Shown here: positions 20,235 to 33,500 of the stretch, piece by piece | How positions within the stretch are numbered: the first letter of the stretch is position 1 | How the letters are laid out: the number at the start of each line of letters is the position of its first letter | Assembly (NCBI GenBank): GCA_965218985.1 | Contig: CBDCMP010000004.1 | Span: 330,869-394,868 of the forward strand | Reading direction: 5' to 3' | Source: Pelobium sp. | GTDB lineage: Bacteria > Bacteroidota > Bacteroidia > Sphingobacteriales > Sphingobacteriaceae | DNA length: 64,000 nucleotides | Notes under the pieces: model-generated | The model's input: the letters and a program-made list of their open reading frames with translations, nothing else | The model's database searches: none | Told to the model about the DNA's origin: nothing | Made by a program: the position numbers and the translations under genes

Positions 20235-22665
20235 TATGGTTTAGCTATATTACTTACTTCGATTGCCATAGAACATATCCCTGCATTAAATACACCACTT
20301 GTCTTATGGACAATAATGTCAGCCGTGGTCATCCCATTGCTTATATTTTTAAGCTCTGCAAGGTTGGTCCCCTGAAAATTCCCGCCGCCAATGGTTTTGT
20401 TTACCAATTGGCTACCTGAAGAGTAGCTCATTACAGCTGTGCCCAAATCAGTAGTATTACCCATGATATAAACCGTATAAAATAGGTTAGGATCAAGTCC
20501 GGAAAGACGTATCAGCCCGTTTGAATTCACATCAGATTTCATCAAACCGGAAATGATCACAAAATCGGGATAAATAGCAGATCCTGAAGGGTTAGGCGCA
20601 TAAAAGGAGTTTCCTGATTTGTCAAAATTTTCCAGATACAACGATATTCCCGTAATTTCAAGCTCCGGCGTTGACCTGAGCCCGTTCTTTTGATAAGCAC
20701 CACCGCTAATCAAAGAAGTAGGAACTTTCGCCATATTCCATTCGCCATCATCAGTCTGTGGCAGGTATTCGTTAGAAAAATTGATCAATACCGAAGTGTT
20801 AGGAATATAAACCGGCGGATCTCCCAAGGTCAATACCGTTTCAGGATCCCATGTACTTGTAGTATAGCCTGCCTTGACTGCCCTCAATCTCAAATAATAA
20901 TTCGTTCCCGGAGTTAAATTCCCTACGGTGAATTGTAGCTCGATTCCATTGTAAATAGTAATGGCATCACTGTAATCTGAATTATGAGCCAATTGGAGTT
21001 CATACACTACGCCTTCAGATAGGTTTGAAGGGGCAGTAAATGTATTGGATATTTCTGTTTCACCTGTAGCTACGCTGGTAAGAACTGGTGTTTCCAGATC
21101 TTGAGTAAAATTATTGCTTACTTCTATCACCAGTGAACAAAGTCCAGCATAATATGCTCCACTCAATTTGCTGATTGTAATATCTACAGAGGTTTGCCCG
21201 GCACTGAAATCTTTAAATTCTACAAGATCCACCAACTGGTAATTATTGCTGTACAATAGTTTTGGTGATGGACTGGCTCCCCATACCGTATACTTTAGTA
21301 CCGCAGTATCATCCAGTGTACCTGTATTTCCCATAAGATAAACATTGTAAAATTTACCGGGGTCCAAACCATAAAGCCTAACTCAGATCCATCAGAATTG
21401 GTAGTTGTTTTAACTAATCCAGAAATAATCACAAAGTCAGGATAAATTGCAGATTCACTGGGGTCTGGAGGATAGAACGAATTTCCAACGATCTCGAATC
21501 CTTCTATGTAAATTGATATTCCCGTACTTTCCATACGCTCTTTATCCCTGAGATCTGTTCGGGTGTAACTATTCCCTTGCCCAAAATCATCTGCCGTTAT
21601 CTTTAACATGTTCCATTCCCCATCATCTGTTTGCGGAAGGTATTGGTTTGAAAAATTGACCAATACCGTGGATTCCAGCGTATAGCCCGGTAGCGTACCT
21701 CCCGTGGTCACTGCCACAGATGCCCATAGACTCCGTGAATAGCCGGTTCGTGAAGCTCTTAATCTCAGGTAATAAACACTTCCAGGAACGAGATCAGTAA
21801 CATTAAACGTGGTATCCTCTCCACTATAAATGGTTTGAGTATCACTGAAGTTTGATTTTGTTGCAAGTTGCAGCTCATAGCTTACAGGTCCATCGGTATT
21901 TACCGGAGGAGAAAAAACATTTGAAATCTCTGTTTCACCGATTGCTGTGCTTTCCAATCCAGGAGCTGCTAATAAGGGGGTACTCTGCCCTACCTGCCAT
22001 ACTAATTCTGATGTCAAGACCTTACTTCCATCGTCGACCCATCCAGGAAGGCTTTGCAAAAATTCTTTGAACTTCACTTTAATTGGATCGTTGATAGTGC
22101 CTTCTCCCGAAAAATCATCACTACCAAAATTGATTGGGCTCTTTGTTTTTAATGGGTCTGCCTCTGATCCAGTACCTTGGAAATCTGTATCCGCAAAAAA
22201 TATTTTCGTCGCATCAAATTTTGCTTCAAGTGCGTTAGGTTGTACTGCTTTGTTGTTTATTATACCCAACAGTGTTTCCTCTATAGAAGCAAAATCAGTT
22301 AAATTACCTCCGCCTATAACCCATGCTGAATTCGTATCATCCCAAATATATCTTAAAATCTCTGCACCTGAACCTGGGTCCACATTAGCATAATCACCCA
22401 CATTTGCCGTAGGAAAAGCAGACTGTAGAGCTTGAAGAGATAAAAACACTCCCTTAAAATGGGTTTCTAGCGTGTTGATTCTTTCTTCTATCTCATCATA
22501 GTCACTTGTTAATCTTGTGATTTCTTGCTCATATCGATCTCTTACCGCCTTAATCAATTCTTGCAAGTCTCTACCGCTGGTCTTTGAGGGATCAGGAGTT
22601 CCTACTTGGTTATCTTTGATGACCTCATCTATATAACCGTCTTCAATTTTTTCTATATCTGGCAT
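20234..22665 (-). pseudogene. Phage-fibre-like protein with two FN3 + beta-sandwich repeats, ~810 aa, split by one frameshift at ~21385
   Basis: ORFs 21295-22665 and 20234-21367 join as ...SDGS/VRLYGLDPGKFYNV, matching LIRLSGLDPNLFYTV in the second repeat. Confidence 0.7.
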
Positions 22666-22685
22666 AACTTATGAATTTTATGGAT

Positions 22686-25600
22686 TTAAATAGTTATTTC
22701 CTCATCAATCAAATTAAACAAGCCTGAAGCGTTCTCCACTTTCACCTTGAAACGGTGATAAATTGGATCTCCATCTTCGTCTTCAGTCGCTAAGGGCTCA
22801 GTGAGGTCATAGCTCATCGGACCATCGTCCGCATCACTTTCTATCTTCGTTATATGATTCCAATTACCTGAATTGTTTTGCTTATATAAATAATAAGTGC
22901 CCTTAAAGATTGTTGGTTCCCAAACCAATCGATTATTACTGTTATCGTAACTCAGCTCAGGCGCCTGCGGATTGGTGGCATCTATCAACTTCACTGCAAT
23001 GACATCAGAGAGCGGTGAACTAATCTCTTCCTGTTGATGATCTTCATTATTGATAAAAGAAATGAAAGCTAGTCGGTAATACATCATCTCCCCATATGGG
23101 ACAACGGTTAAATCCTGAAAAGTGTCCACCACTTGTAAATCAAGGATCTCGTTATCAAACGGCGCATCCATAAAGGATTCCATTGCTTCAGGCGGAGAAG
23201 TTTTTTCGGGATTTCTAGTCCTATAAATCCTGACAGATGAAACAGCATCGTTTTCAGAAACTGGCGAAAGATTAAAACCAACTTCTGGTTTTCCTTCTGC
23301 TCCCAGTTGATGGTAATTAAGTGACCTGATAAGCGGTTTCTCTAAAAGAGATGTTTTCAATATCTGCACCGGTCCAGCAAAAGGGCTTAAAGATCCTGCA
23401 ACCAATTGTTCTGTAGTTTCTGCGGCTGCATAGAAATAGAGAAAACGAGAGTTAGCCCCTAAGCTGTAATCCGTAAATCTGATGTAGTAACCTTCCTGAT
23501 TCGAATATTTTCTTATCATTGGATAAGGATTGAATGTAGGGTTAGAAGGCACTAGTAAATTGCCATTGACATCTCTTATAACAGGGGTTTCATTCTTAGT
23601 CTGTTGTCCTGATTTTATGAACGCATAAATAGGAACCTGTTCCGTTAGCGGCAACAAAGTAGACCGTATAGCTTCCTGATATTTTTCTTTTTTTAGATCA
23701 ATGCTATCACCCTGCATTGTGAGTCCCTCTTTATCTGGATCCGGAAATCCGAAAGGTGCGGGTTCCGCTGGATAAACCTTAAAATGTCCATTGTTGGTTT
23801 CGTCGAAGACTACATCTGCAAGCTCAAGAAAACGTTGGTCATAAAAATCGTCCGAAGTAAGGGCAGAGAGACCTTCCAATAGGGTGACAATTGTTTGCGA
23901 ACTGTACAAGGATCTTAAAATATCTTCATTGCTAGTTCTATAAAAATGAAAACCAAAAGGATTTCTAGACGTACCATTTCCATTTCTTGGTATACCTACA
24001 TCAAAGGTAAAGGATGCTTTCCCTAATGCATCTGGTCTCACTTTCAGGCCAAAGTATTGAGGTTTTTCGGGCATCTGTGGCTCTAAAACCTTTCGAGACA
24101 TTAAAATAGCCGGAGAAGAGATCAAGGAAGTGAAACCAGACCCACCTACTCTTGCATCTACAGATTGAAGAGCCATCATGGTTTTTTTCTCCATGTCCTG
24201 TCCAGTCGGATCTATATTCGTCCGATTAAATATATTGGGCAGAGGCTCGGTATAAATATAAGCTCTATACCCAGGATGAAAGTTAACACCCTGAATTTTA
24301 TCTTGTGCGCCGGATGAAATTTTCAAAGGGGAGTTCTGATACCCCGGATAAGAGACATAAAGAACCAATGGATTGGTTTGTACAATTCTGTTCACCTCCA
24401 ATAAGACTTTGTCGCTTTCATCTGCCAAAGGCACTCGTAATAATCCCTTATACCATTCCACATAGGGCATCTGCAAAGTTCTCGGGTCATTACCTTCCGG
24501 AGCAGAAGCATCGAAAGGTAAATTGGTCTGCAGATTTGTCGGCAAGTTAATTCCCGCATCATAGGTGATGCTGTAAAAGCCAGGAATATCCTCAGTGCCA
24601 TCATTCAAGGGGGTAATTAATGCATTTCCTGTAATCCCACCTACCCATAAAGAAGTGATGTTCCCTTCGCTGTCACTCACTGATTCTATAACGGCATTCT
24701 GAGGATCGCTGAAATCTGCAAGCAGAATCTCGTTCTCTAAAGCCTGCCAGTTTGCTGGCTTACTAAGATTCTCCGTGATGGTAAAACGGCTACTGATCAC
24801 GGGAGAGCGATCATAATCCCTATGAATAAAAGAGCCAGGTTCTTCCTCATCCTCTACGTTCTCTGTATCTTTAATCTTTTCAATGGTAATGTTTGGGTTT
24901 GTGCCTTGGCCAATAGCAATTACCCTAAACTGTCCCGAATCGGTTGTCAATACAGCATTTACATATTTTGCGATTGCTGTTTCATCAGTGATCGGTGTTA
25001 TTGGTGCGCCTGCCAAGGATTCATAACTGTTTGTAAAAAGTATAAGCTGTTGAGGTTGTCCTTCCACTTCCTGAATGGCACTAACGATGCCTTTTAATTC
25101 TGATGGTGCCTCCTGCCTGAAAAACAGCTTGATACGATCTGCTTTTACAACACGTTCTGCGAGAATACCTGTATCATCCTGCAAATGGCTGATATCCATG
25201 ATATCCAACCAATTGAAACAGATACGTGTAAAGGAAGTGTCATCGGTTGGGAAATAACTACTTCTTCCTGCCAGCCAGTCTTGCTCTCTCTGGGTGGTAA
25301 AAAGCAAAGTCTGCTCTTTTTGTATATATTGTACTGCCATGTCGCTAGGCGGAAGCAGGGTGTTTTGCTTGGTAAAAACAGTTTCATCCGTGGCCACTTC
25401 ATCACTTCTCAATGATACCCGCGAAAACAGATTGATGCCGTAAATCGCATAAAAATGCACTCCGGGCTGTTTTTCTAAATGTACGTATAAACTCTCGGTA
25501 TCATCCGGAACAGGCGCAGTTTCAGGTAATCCGCCATTCGGATAATCGTCATCATAATCATAATACTGGTGTCCTTCTGAATTTTCATTGGTTATTTCAG

Positions 25601-27564
25601 GTTTGACATAACGCTGCTGTGAGGAAGAACGGTATTCGATACCGTAAAGCACCGGCTTGCTTTTTTCAAAGATATTAAAGGTATCTACTGAAGTAGAGTC
25701 CTCAAAAAAATCATCCTCTTCTTGCTCAAATGAATATTTCGCTCTTCCTATATTTACCATTCTAACATCAGAAACCATAGAGTACCCTTGTTCGTCAAAA
25801 GCGGTAAAGGTCTGTTCATCGGTTCGGGGCAGGCTGTAGGACAGAGCCCTGATCTGTGGCTTTTCTGGCAGCCTAGCATTGGATTTTCCAGTAGGTAGGC
25901 TTAAATAACTATATGCTTTTGTTCCCGTGGATCCTATTTCTTTTTTGTTGCTGTAACGTATTCTATAAACAAATTTTTGATTTTCTTCGGCAGGGGGCAA
26001 TTTATCAATATATCCCAATCCCAGCATGCGAGCCAAGTGGTAATCCAATGCCTGAAGATTCAACATATCCAGATAGCTGACCAAAAACACCTGATTTTCT
26101 TGCTCAGGGTCTGGATTTTCTTGTTCCAATTCCCCCGTGGCTCTTGGGTCGGTCTCGCTATAGGCCAGGTAATCCTCTACCAAATCTTTGATAGAGGGGT
26201 CTGTTGGGTAACTTACATTCCACTTGTCCTTGTAATTTTGGCTTCTTATCCTTGTCCCTTCATTAAAATGAGGCCAGAGGTTATCTATCGGTTTATCAGC
26301 ATGCTCTAGTCTTTGATATACCTCTTGGTCATCCAGTGAAAGTGCAAACCCATTTTCAATCTGCTGCCAAGAATTGCTATCCCTACTTGCCAAAAAATCA
26401 TCATAGGTTTCAAATGCAAAACTTTTAAGAAAGCCTCCAGAAACAAAGTATCTTACTTTGTTGATATTTTCCCCCAAGTAACTCTTAGTTATTAAAGGCG
26501 TATTCGAAATGATGCTGTCACGTATTCCAATAGTTTCTCCGTCAAGGGTACTGATGGCTTCAAGTTTTATGGAAGACTCGGCAGAATTATTATCTTTATT
26601 TAAGACGATTTCAAAAGCAAAAATATTCTTCTGGCCAAAATCCAGTTCCAAAAGCCCCTCATAAGCCATTAAAAAGCTTTCTGGGTCGGTAGCCGCATCT
26701 ATTGTTGTTGCTATCTCATCATAATGATCTTGATCCTTGAAATGTAAGCTGACACGATTGGTATACCAAAGTATCATTTACAACTGCAGTCACCACAAAA
26801 GTCCAGTTCTTTATCCGATAATTCACTACAGGTCGGGCTGTAGAAAAATCCAAGACTGATCTAATTGGTTGAAGATAAGGTGTTCTTTCTAAAATGATAA
26901 AATCATCATTCTTATTGTACCCAACTTCGCTTTGAGCATAATTTCCTTTAGGAAAATGATATTCCCCCAATTCACCAGCAAGATTCCATCTCAAATGCAC
27001 TCCTGCCACACTTCCATCAGCACCATCAGAACCTGCCGCTTGCAGATACAATTCACTGGAATTATTATAATAGCTGCTCACCACATCATTTCCACATGGG
27101 TTCAGTCCTATCTCTTTCAAATATCCCTGTAATTGATCGAAAGAATCTAACACAGGAAAAAGAGCTTCGTCGATTGCTGCGGCAAGTTCAGCACTGATCT
27201 CATCCTTTCTTCTTGAAAGCTCTGTAAATACATTAAGTATCGTACGAAACCTTGAGCTATACCCTGTGTTCCGGCTATCTAACAGCCCTGTAAAAAAGTC
27301 ATATTCAGAGAAATCAATATCATCAAAATCACCTTTCAGGTAATTTTCTATAACATCGTCGTTCCCATCTATTACCCCCAATACCATTAGGGTACGGCTA
27401 TATAATCTTTGTAGCTCATCATTTTCGAGGATACTGAGCAGCGATTTCACTTCTTCTTCAGAGGCAAAACCTCCTGCTTCCTCCATTGCCTGTATAGCAA
27501 ACAAGCAGGTGGCCATCTGACTGTAATCAGCATAAAATGCATAGGAATTGAACGATTCAGGCAT
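22686..27564 (-). CDS. Large hypothetical protein (~1625 aa) with C-terminal FN3-like modules; annotated as two overlapping ORFs because of a frameshift at ~26760
   Basis: 26719-27564 and 22686-26777 overlap; reading ...VNDTLVY/TNRVSLHFKD is continuous; no signal peptide. Confidence 0.7.
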
Positions 27565-27596
27565 AGCTTTTTTTATTTTGTTTCTTCCCTTACTAA

Positions 27597-30500
27597 TTAA
27601 CTGGTTAAATATTGTTGCAGGTCTATAGCTGGACTGTCATAGACCTCTGCAAGTTGCTCATAGCCGACACCATCAAAAACTTTGTATATCAGCTTCAATT
27701 GCATCAATCCAAAGGGGATATCCATCGCTTCATTGGTAATAAACACGGCAGAACGTTCTCCTGAATGAATGTACCTGAATGATGAAGCTGGAAGTACATT
27801 TCCTTCTGTTGAAATACTTAGTTGTACTGTATTTTCCAGAAGTTCTTCTGTGTACTTCGGCTCATTGAAAGGCTCTGGATTGCGAAGCAAAATTCCGATC
27901 AACCTTTCCTCTCCAGAGCTATCCGGAGCAGAATTTATGATCAGCAGCGCTTCTGTGCCCGCAGGAAAATCTGGTGTTTTAAACCCAATTCCACCGTAAA
28001 TCAACCTGTCATAAGGTTCTGCGTAACGCAGCACATCGGCAGGATCATCTGCTGTGTTCTCATTGACCAATAATTTCAACCTGTTGTTTATTTCAGCAGT
28101 TGAAAAATTAGTTTGATACTTGCTGATGGCATATTTTTCTTCGCCTGGAGTTCCATCCAAAACAAAACTGCCTGCCTGCTCAATAAAATCCGAATATCGG
28201 GAACTTATAAACCCAAATTTATGAATTTCATTGGTGCTGAGTGCTTCGCCTTCCCGTCCATAAACACCACTGAAGACAGCGGTATATAATTTATTAGCCT
28301 CCAAATCTGGAAACTCATACGTTCCTTGACGAATCTTACGGGTAAAAGACAAATTCACGCTGCCACATTGCTGAGCGGCACTATTGAGCTTATACAGTGC
28401 TTTGATATCTTCGGGAAGAATGTCTGCAGTTTCAGGTGTTACGGGCAATTCTATGGGTTCATTCCAAATAAGTTCTTGTTCTATCGGGTTGCCAGAAGGG
28501 TTCAATAATTGCAATTTCAAACTGCTGGTGATTGCCGGCTGTCCATTGTAGGCTGCCCAGTTCTCAAACATGGCGTTGATATAAGGCTGGGTAAAAAACA
28601 GCCTTACTTGCGGATTGTGGAAGAACACAGGTTTACTTCTATCAAAACGGCCTTGGGCATCGGGAAAAGAACGTTCGTAATCAATATAGTGTTTCAATGA
28701 GGCTAGCTTGAATTCATCCTGCCTGTCTCCCTCTTTTAGAAGCTGATATTTTTCGCTTTGTTGATGGAAATGACCAACAGGCCCCGCTGTCTTGAAACCA
28801 AAAACATGTTTTCTCTCTGGGGTTGCTTGTCCATCTACAACATCCCTGGTCTTTACTTTGATCGCATAGGTGGTGTCCGGTCTCCAAACAGGCTGAATTG
28901 TTTTATTGATGGCGTTATCCAACACCTGCAGCTCTTCTATCATCCGTTCTTCCTTCATGTCATTTTCTACCACCCTGCTGTAGGTTTCTTGTTCCACGTA
29001 GCTTAACTGATCTAGCCATGTTTGCGCAGCCGAGGGGTTGTAGGCGGCCAATTCTGCTGGTATAGTTACGATAGCTTTTAATATCCTATCAATGTAAATG
29101 TCCAACATTCCGCTTTGCCTGTTCACATTGACAAATATCGCTTTATACTGCTTTTTACTTAATGTAGAGGTGTTGCAATCTATTGTAAACTTATCACTTA
29201 CTTGATGCCCCCAGCTTCCACTCTCTTTATAACAGGTGAACCAAATGCTGTACTCAGGGATACTTGCTGCATCAGGATAAGTGGTATTTGGATTAGTGAC
29301 GGCAGTTCTACACAAATGTAAAGCGTAACCCGTCCTGAATCCGCTTTCGGGATCCTCCTTGACCTTGGAGAATAAGGTGCTCAGCCCAATTTCGAAAGGG
29401 CTAAAAATTGCCGTCAGCCCAAAAGCAAAACTGCTGTTCTCTATTTTTAAGTTAGGATAGTAAACCGCTTTCAGGCCATCCGTCCGCACATTGAAGGTAT
29501 ATACCCGACGCTGCTGTATTTTGTTAACATCATCTATTTCATAGTAGCTCTCTGTAAAATCTGGACTACCATTGATCAATGCATAGCGGTTACTATATAA
29601 TTCTCTGTTGTTATACATCGACCATTTTGCAATCGCTCCCGCAAGTTGGCCATTGACGGATTCGACCACTTCGCTTTCTGTAAAACTCCTATTGTAAAAT
29701 GTGACAAACGCAAGTGCTTTCTTTGTCTCCAATTCTCTGTAATATCCGGGAAGGTCACCCATGTCATACTGGTCAGGTAGCCTGTAGTGGTTTCCCATCA
29801 TTAAGTCACCCTCATAATCAGGAGAAGCGGCCGTCAGGAATTCTATCAGGATTTTATTGATCGGAACCGTGTTGTCTTTCAGCTCCAACAGGGGTGAGGG
29901 TTCATTCTTGGGCGCCTGCATAATAGCTACCGGTTCATCAATGGCAACCACGATACTGCGGAAGAGCTTTCTTGATATGACATACCTCGTCTTGATGAAA
30001 CTCACCTTCAAGGTATGCTGGTTTTCCCTAAACTGGAGATTGACATAAGCCAGTTCCTGAGGCAAGTTAATTTCCAAACTCCCTGTATAACCGGTCAGCG
30101 ACAGGCTGTTGCCCGAATACCCTTCTCTGTAATCCACTTTAGCGGCAATATTTCCAACTAAAGTGAATTTAAAGTTATTGATGTAAAAAGGAAGTTCCAC
30201 CGGATACCCGGTATCTGCAGGGATAGACTTCCAGTTGATGAGCTGCTCTTCCCATACGCTTTCAAAGCAAAAGACATCCTTTTTGCCAAAATTCTTATCA
30301 TCAAGGGCATTCTCGTCCAGGGGTTGGCCGGCTCCATAACTAAACATGTGCTGCGACAATAGCCTTATTTTATTGAACTTTCCTGGTTCCATAAATTGCC
30401 AGTATCCTGGCTTTAAGCTATCCAGATTTATAGCACCTGTACCTGTATTGGCCTCTACAATGGCACTTACCGCTTTATAAACATCATAAGGCACCCAGCT

Positions 30501-33500
30501 ACTGTTATTCCAGGAGTAGATTTCGAGCCCCGTGATCTCATATTCGTGTTTTATTTGTTTGCTCACGCCTTTTTGCGGAGGGATCAATTCGCTGTAGCCA
30601 ATCGGCAACTGATTGGCCGCTCCACCTAAAGGTATGGCTCCAGGCTTTACAGGCTTCAACAATTCTATATCGATGAAACTGTCGAGCGGGATGGTCACTT
30701 TCCTGGCATCCTCCGGATTCTCAAAGTCATATTTCCAGGTTCCCTGACCTGGCGCAGGAATGACATCAATATCATTGCCCAGTACATAATTGATGCTAAA
30801 ACTTTCATTGGAAAGGATATTTACCGCTCCTGCCGGCATGGTGCCTCCTGATTCCTCCGGAAGTTGCAGCAAAGGTTGTGCGCTCCTTATTATCGTGGTG
30901 TCGTTATTGAAATGCCAGCTCATCTCCAGTTTGAAACGGATACGCTTAAAGATGACTTTGACGGATACCTCCAGGCTTCCCACAATATTGAACGGATGAG
31001 GAGCCTCTACCGCAAGGCTAATGGCAACGGAAAGACCAATCTTAAACTTCCATACCTTGAGGTAGGCATAACCTCCCACCTGGATATAGCCCCCAATCTG
31101 TACCGGTTTGAAAGTCACGAAACCGCCAAGATTAAGGAAGGCCCCCAAGCCTACCGAAACAGGACCGAAGTCCTTTTTAAAATCGAATTTTATACCGGCT
31201 CCTGCTTTTATCCCCCGGGAAGAAAGCATCAGGAAGGCATGACCTTTGAACAGGGTCAATATATCTGCCCTTACCTGCGCACTCTCGGGCTGGTCTTTTC
31301 CGATGTTCAGGTACCAACCGGAAGCATTGTTAAAGAAGAATGCCATGTCCAGCGCTCCCTGGAGCTTGAATATCCGCCCATCATCAGGAAGGTTGAAGTT
31401 GACACTCAAATTTCCCCTTACCGCATGGTCTCCAAAAACAATCAAAGCCCTAAAAGGGGGGTCCACATCATCGTTCAAAGCAATACGCTTACGAAGCATG
31501 CCAGCCTGGCCTTCTATGATGAAGGTGTTGGGCAAACCCAGAAGGATGAAAAGTTTGCTGGAAAAGGTCCATCCCGAATCGAAAATCGTTCCCAAAGACA
31601 TTCCTGCACCCACGGAAAAGCCAGGTTCATTGGCAAACTTACTGATGCCAGCCCCTTTGGGAGGGGCATTGTAATAATCCAACCAGCTTGCTGTCTCGGG
31701 CAAGGGTGGCGTAACTGCTGATTTTGAGGGCAGGTAATGTTGCGCCAGCAGCCCACGCAGGCTATATATGCCCAGTCCGGTTCCCCCCAGTGGTGCCGCT
31801 GATGGCAAATCCATGCCCACATCCACCACAAAAGCGGGGACTCCCGGGTTCAAGCGCATGCCCGCACTCCCGGCTATTTTCAGTTTGGGCAGCGAAAAGG
31901 CCACGGAGCCTGTATATTCCGTATTCCCCACCGAACCTACCTGTGTGGGGTTGCTCACGCTCAAGAAACCGTTGAGCAGGAAAGCGGCTTTTTCCCTGTC
32001 GTTGCCGGGTATTGCCAGGTCTATCTCCAGGCGGTCAATACTGATGAAATGGTCCAGTTCAAGATCGTCAACAGTGAAATAATACTTTAGACCATTACCG
32101 GTGGTGTTTATCCCTGCCCTTCCGGTGTTCACCATCCCATCGAAAGAGAAATAACGGTAGCTGCGTTCCACGCCCCCCAGTTTTCTTTGGTAGGCCCCGA
32201 AAGCGATATTGCCGACTTCCATGTTCACCGGCCCGATATGCAGCCTGAAGGTTTTCGGCACCTTGAATGAGCCTCCTTCGAAATCGATCCTCCCATCATC
32301 CCAGATGAGCAGTTTGGTGAGCTCTATGTTTTTGGGCAAAATATCCCCCAGAAAGGGGATGTCTGCGATGAAGCTCAGCTGTCCGGAGATGGACACATAG
32401 TAGTTTCCGTCAACACTGCCTGCTGCCGCACTGCGCACTTTCAACTCAAAGACCTCCGGGAAAGTGATGGTGTAAGGCTCCGCCTGCGGCAGTGCCCTGA
32501 TGGTGAAATCGCCATTGTCCCTTATCGCTGCTTCTATGGCGATCTCTGCCAGGCCGCCACCTGATGCCGTGAATTTCGGGATGGTCAACTTGCCTGCTAT
32601 ATAAGAGCCGGTGATGCTGTTCTGCCTGAAACTTAAGGAAAAGGCATTGAGTTCTACCGCAAAGTTGCCGAACTTGCGGTAGAGTTTGCCATTGGCCTCC
32701 AGACCGATGGTGCCGGAAACGCCACCTGTGCCGATCAACAGATCATCCGCAAAAATTGCAGCACTGGTGTTTGCAGGATTGGGCTGCCCGAATTTTCCAA
32801 ATTCTATGGTTGCATGCTGTACATACAAACCCACAAAATCAACCGGATAACCTGCAACATCTGCCTCGGGAATATTTGAAGTGGTGCTTGCATCTAATTT
32901 AGCATAAGTGAAACTGATAATTAAACCTGTATTTGCTATCTGGGCTTTTGGAGTATCAGGATGAAAACTGAGGGCTAGTGTTTCCTCGAAACCGAAACCC
33001 GCCTTAGAATCGAAATAAAACTCTCCTGCATCAAATATCAACCTGGTTTTAATATCTCCAGGAATAATTTCGTTATTTAGATTTAAGGGCAATAAAGCAC
33101 TTCTTGGTATTTCTAAACCTGCAGATAACTGGGCCGTTGCTGTTATTTGGGGGATAAGTAGATCTTTTATAAAACCTATGGCATCATTGCCTAAGAAACT
33201 CGAAAATACCCCACTCACCTGAGATAAAGTATTATCTAAGCTGGTATCGTCAAATATATAAAGATCAAAAAGAGCAGTAAAAATATCAACACCCTCAGTT
33301 GTAAAAGCATCTCTTATATCAGAATATGCAATTTCTGGATTGCTATTTAAAGGTTGCGTTATAGCTAAACTAGAGTACTTAGCCTTAGCATCAGTAACAA
33401 ATTGTTCGAGCTGTCCCAATTCCAATAAGAAAAGACTCCCTGTTTCAGTATCAGGAAGGTAATCGTATGTCGGAGTAAAACTTTGAGACGGAATAGGCCC

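Noticed and set aside
17368-22665. Intact prophage
   Set aside because: No integrase, terminase, portal, capsid, lysis genes or att repeats found.
30790-32400. Long plus-strand ORFs (for example 30864-31721, and 37611-38430 in the second copy)
   Set aside because: Antisense shadows of the GC-rich core of the giant gene.
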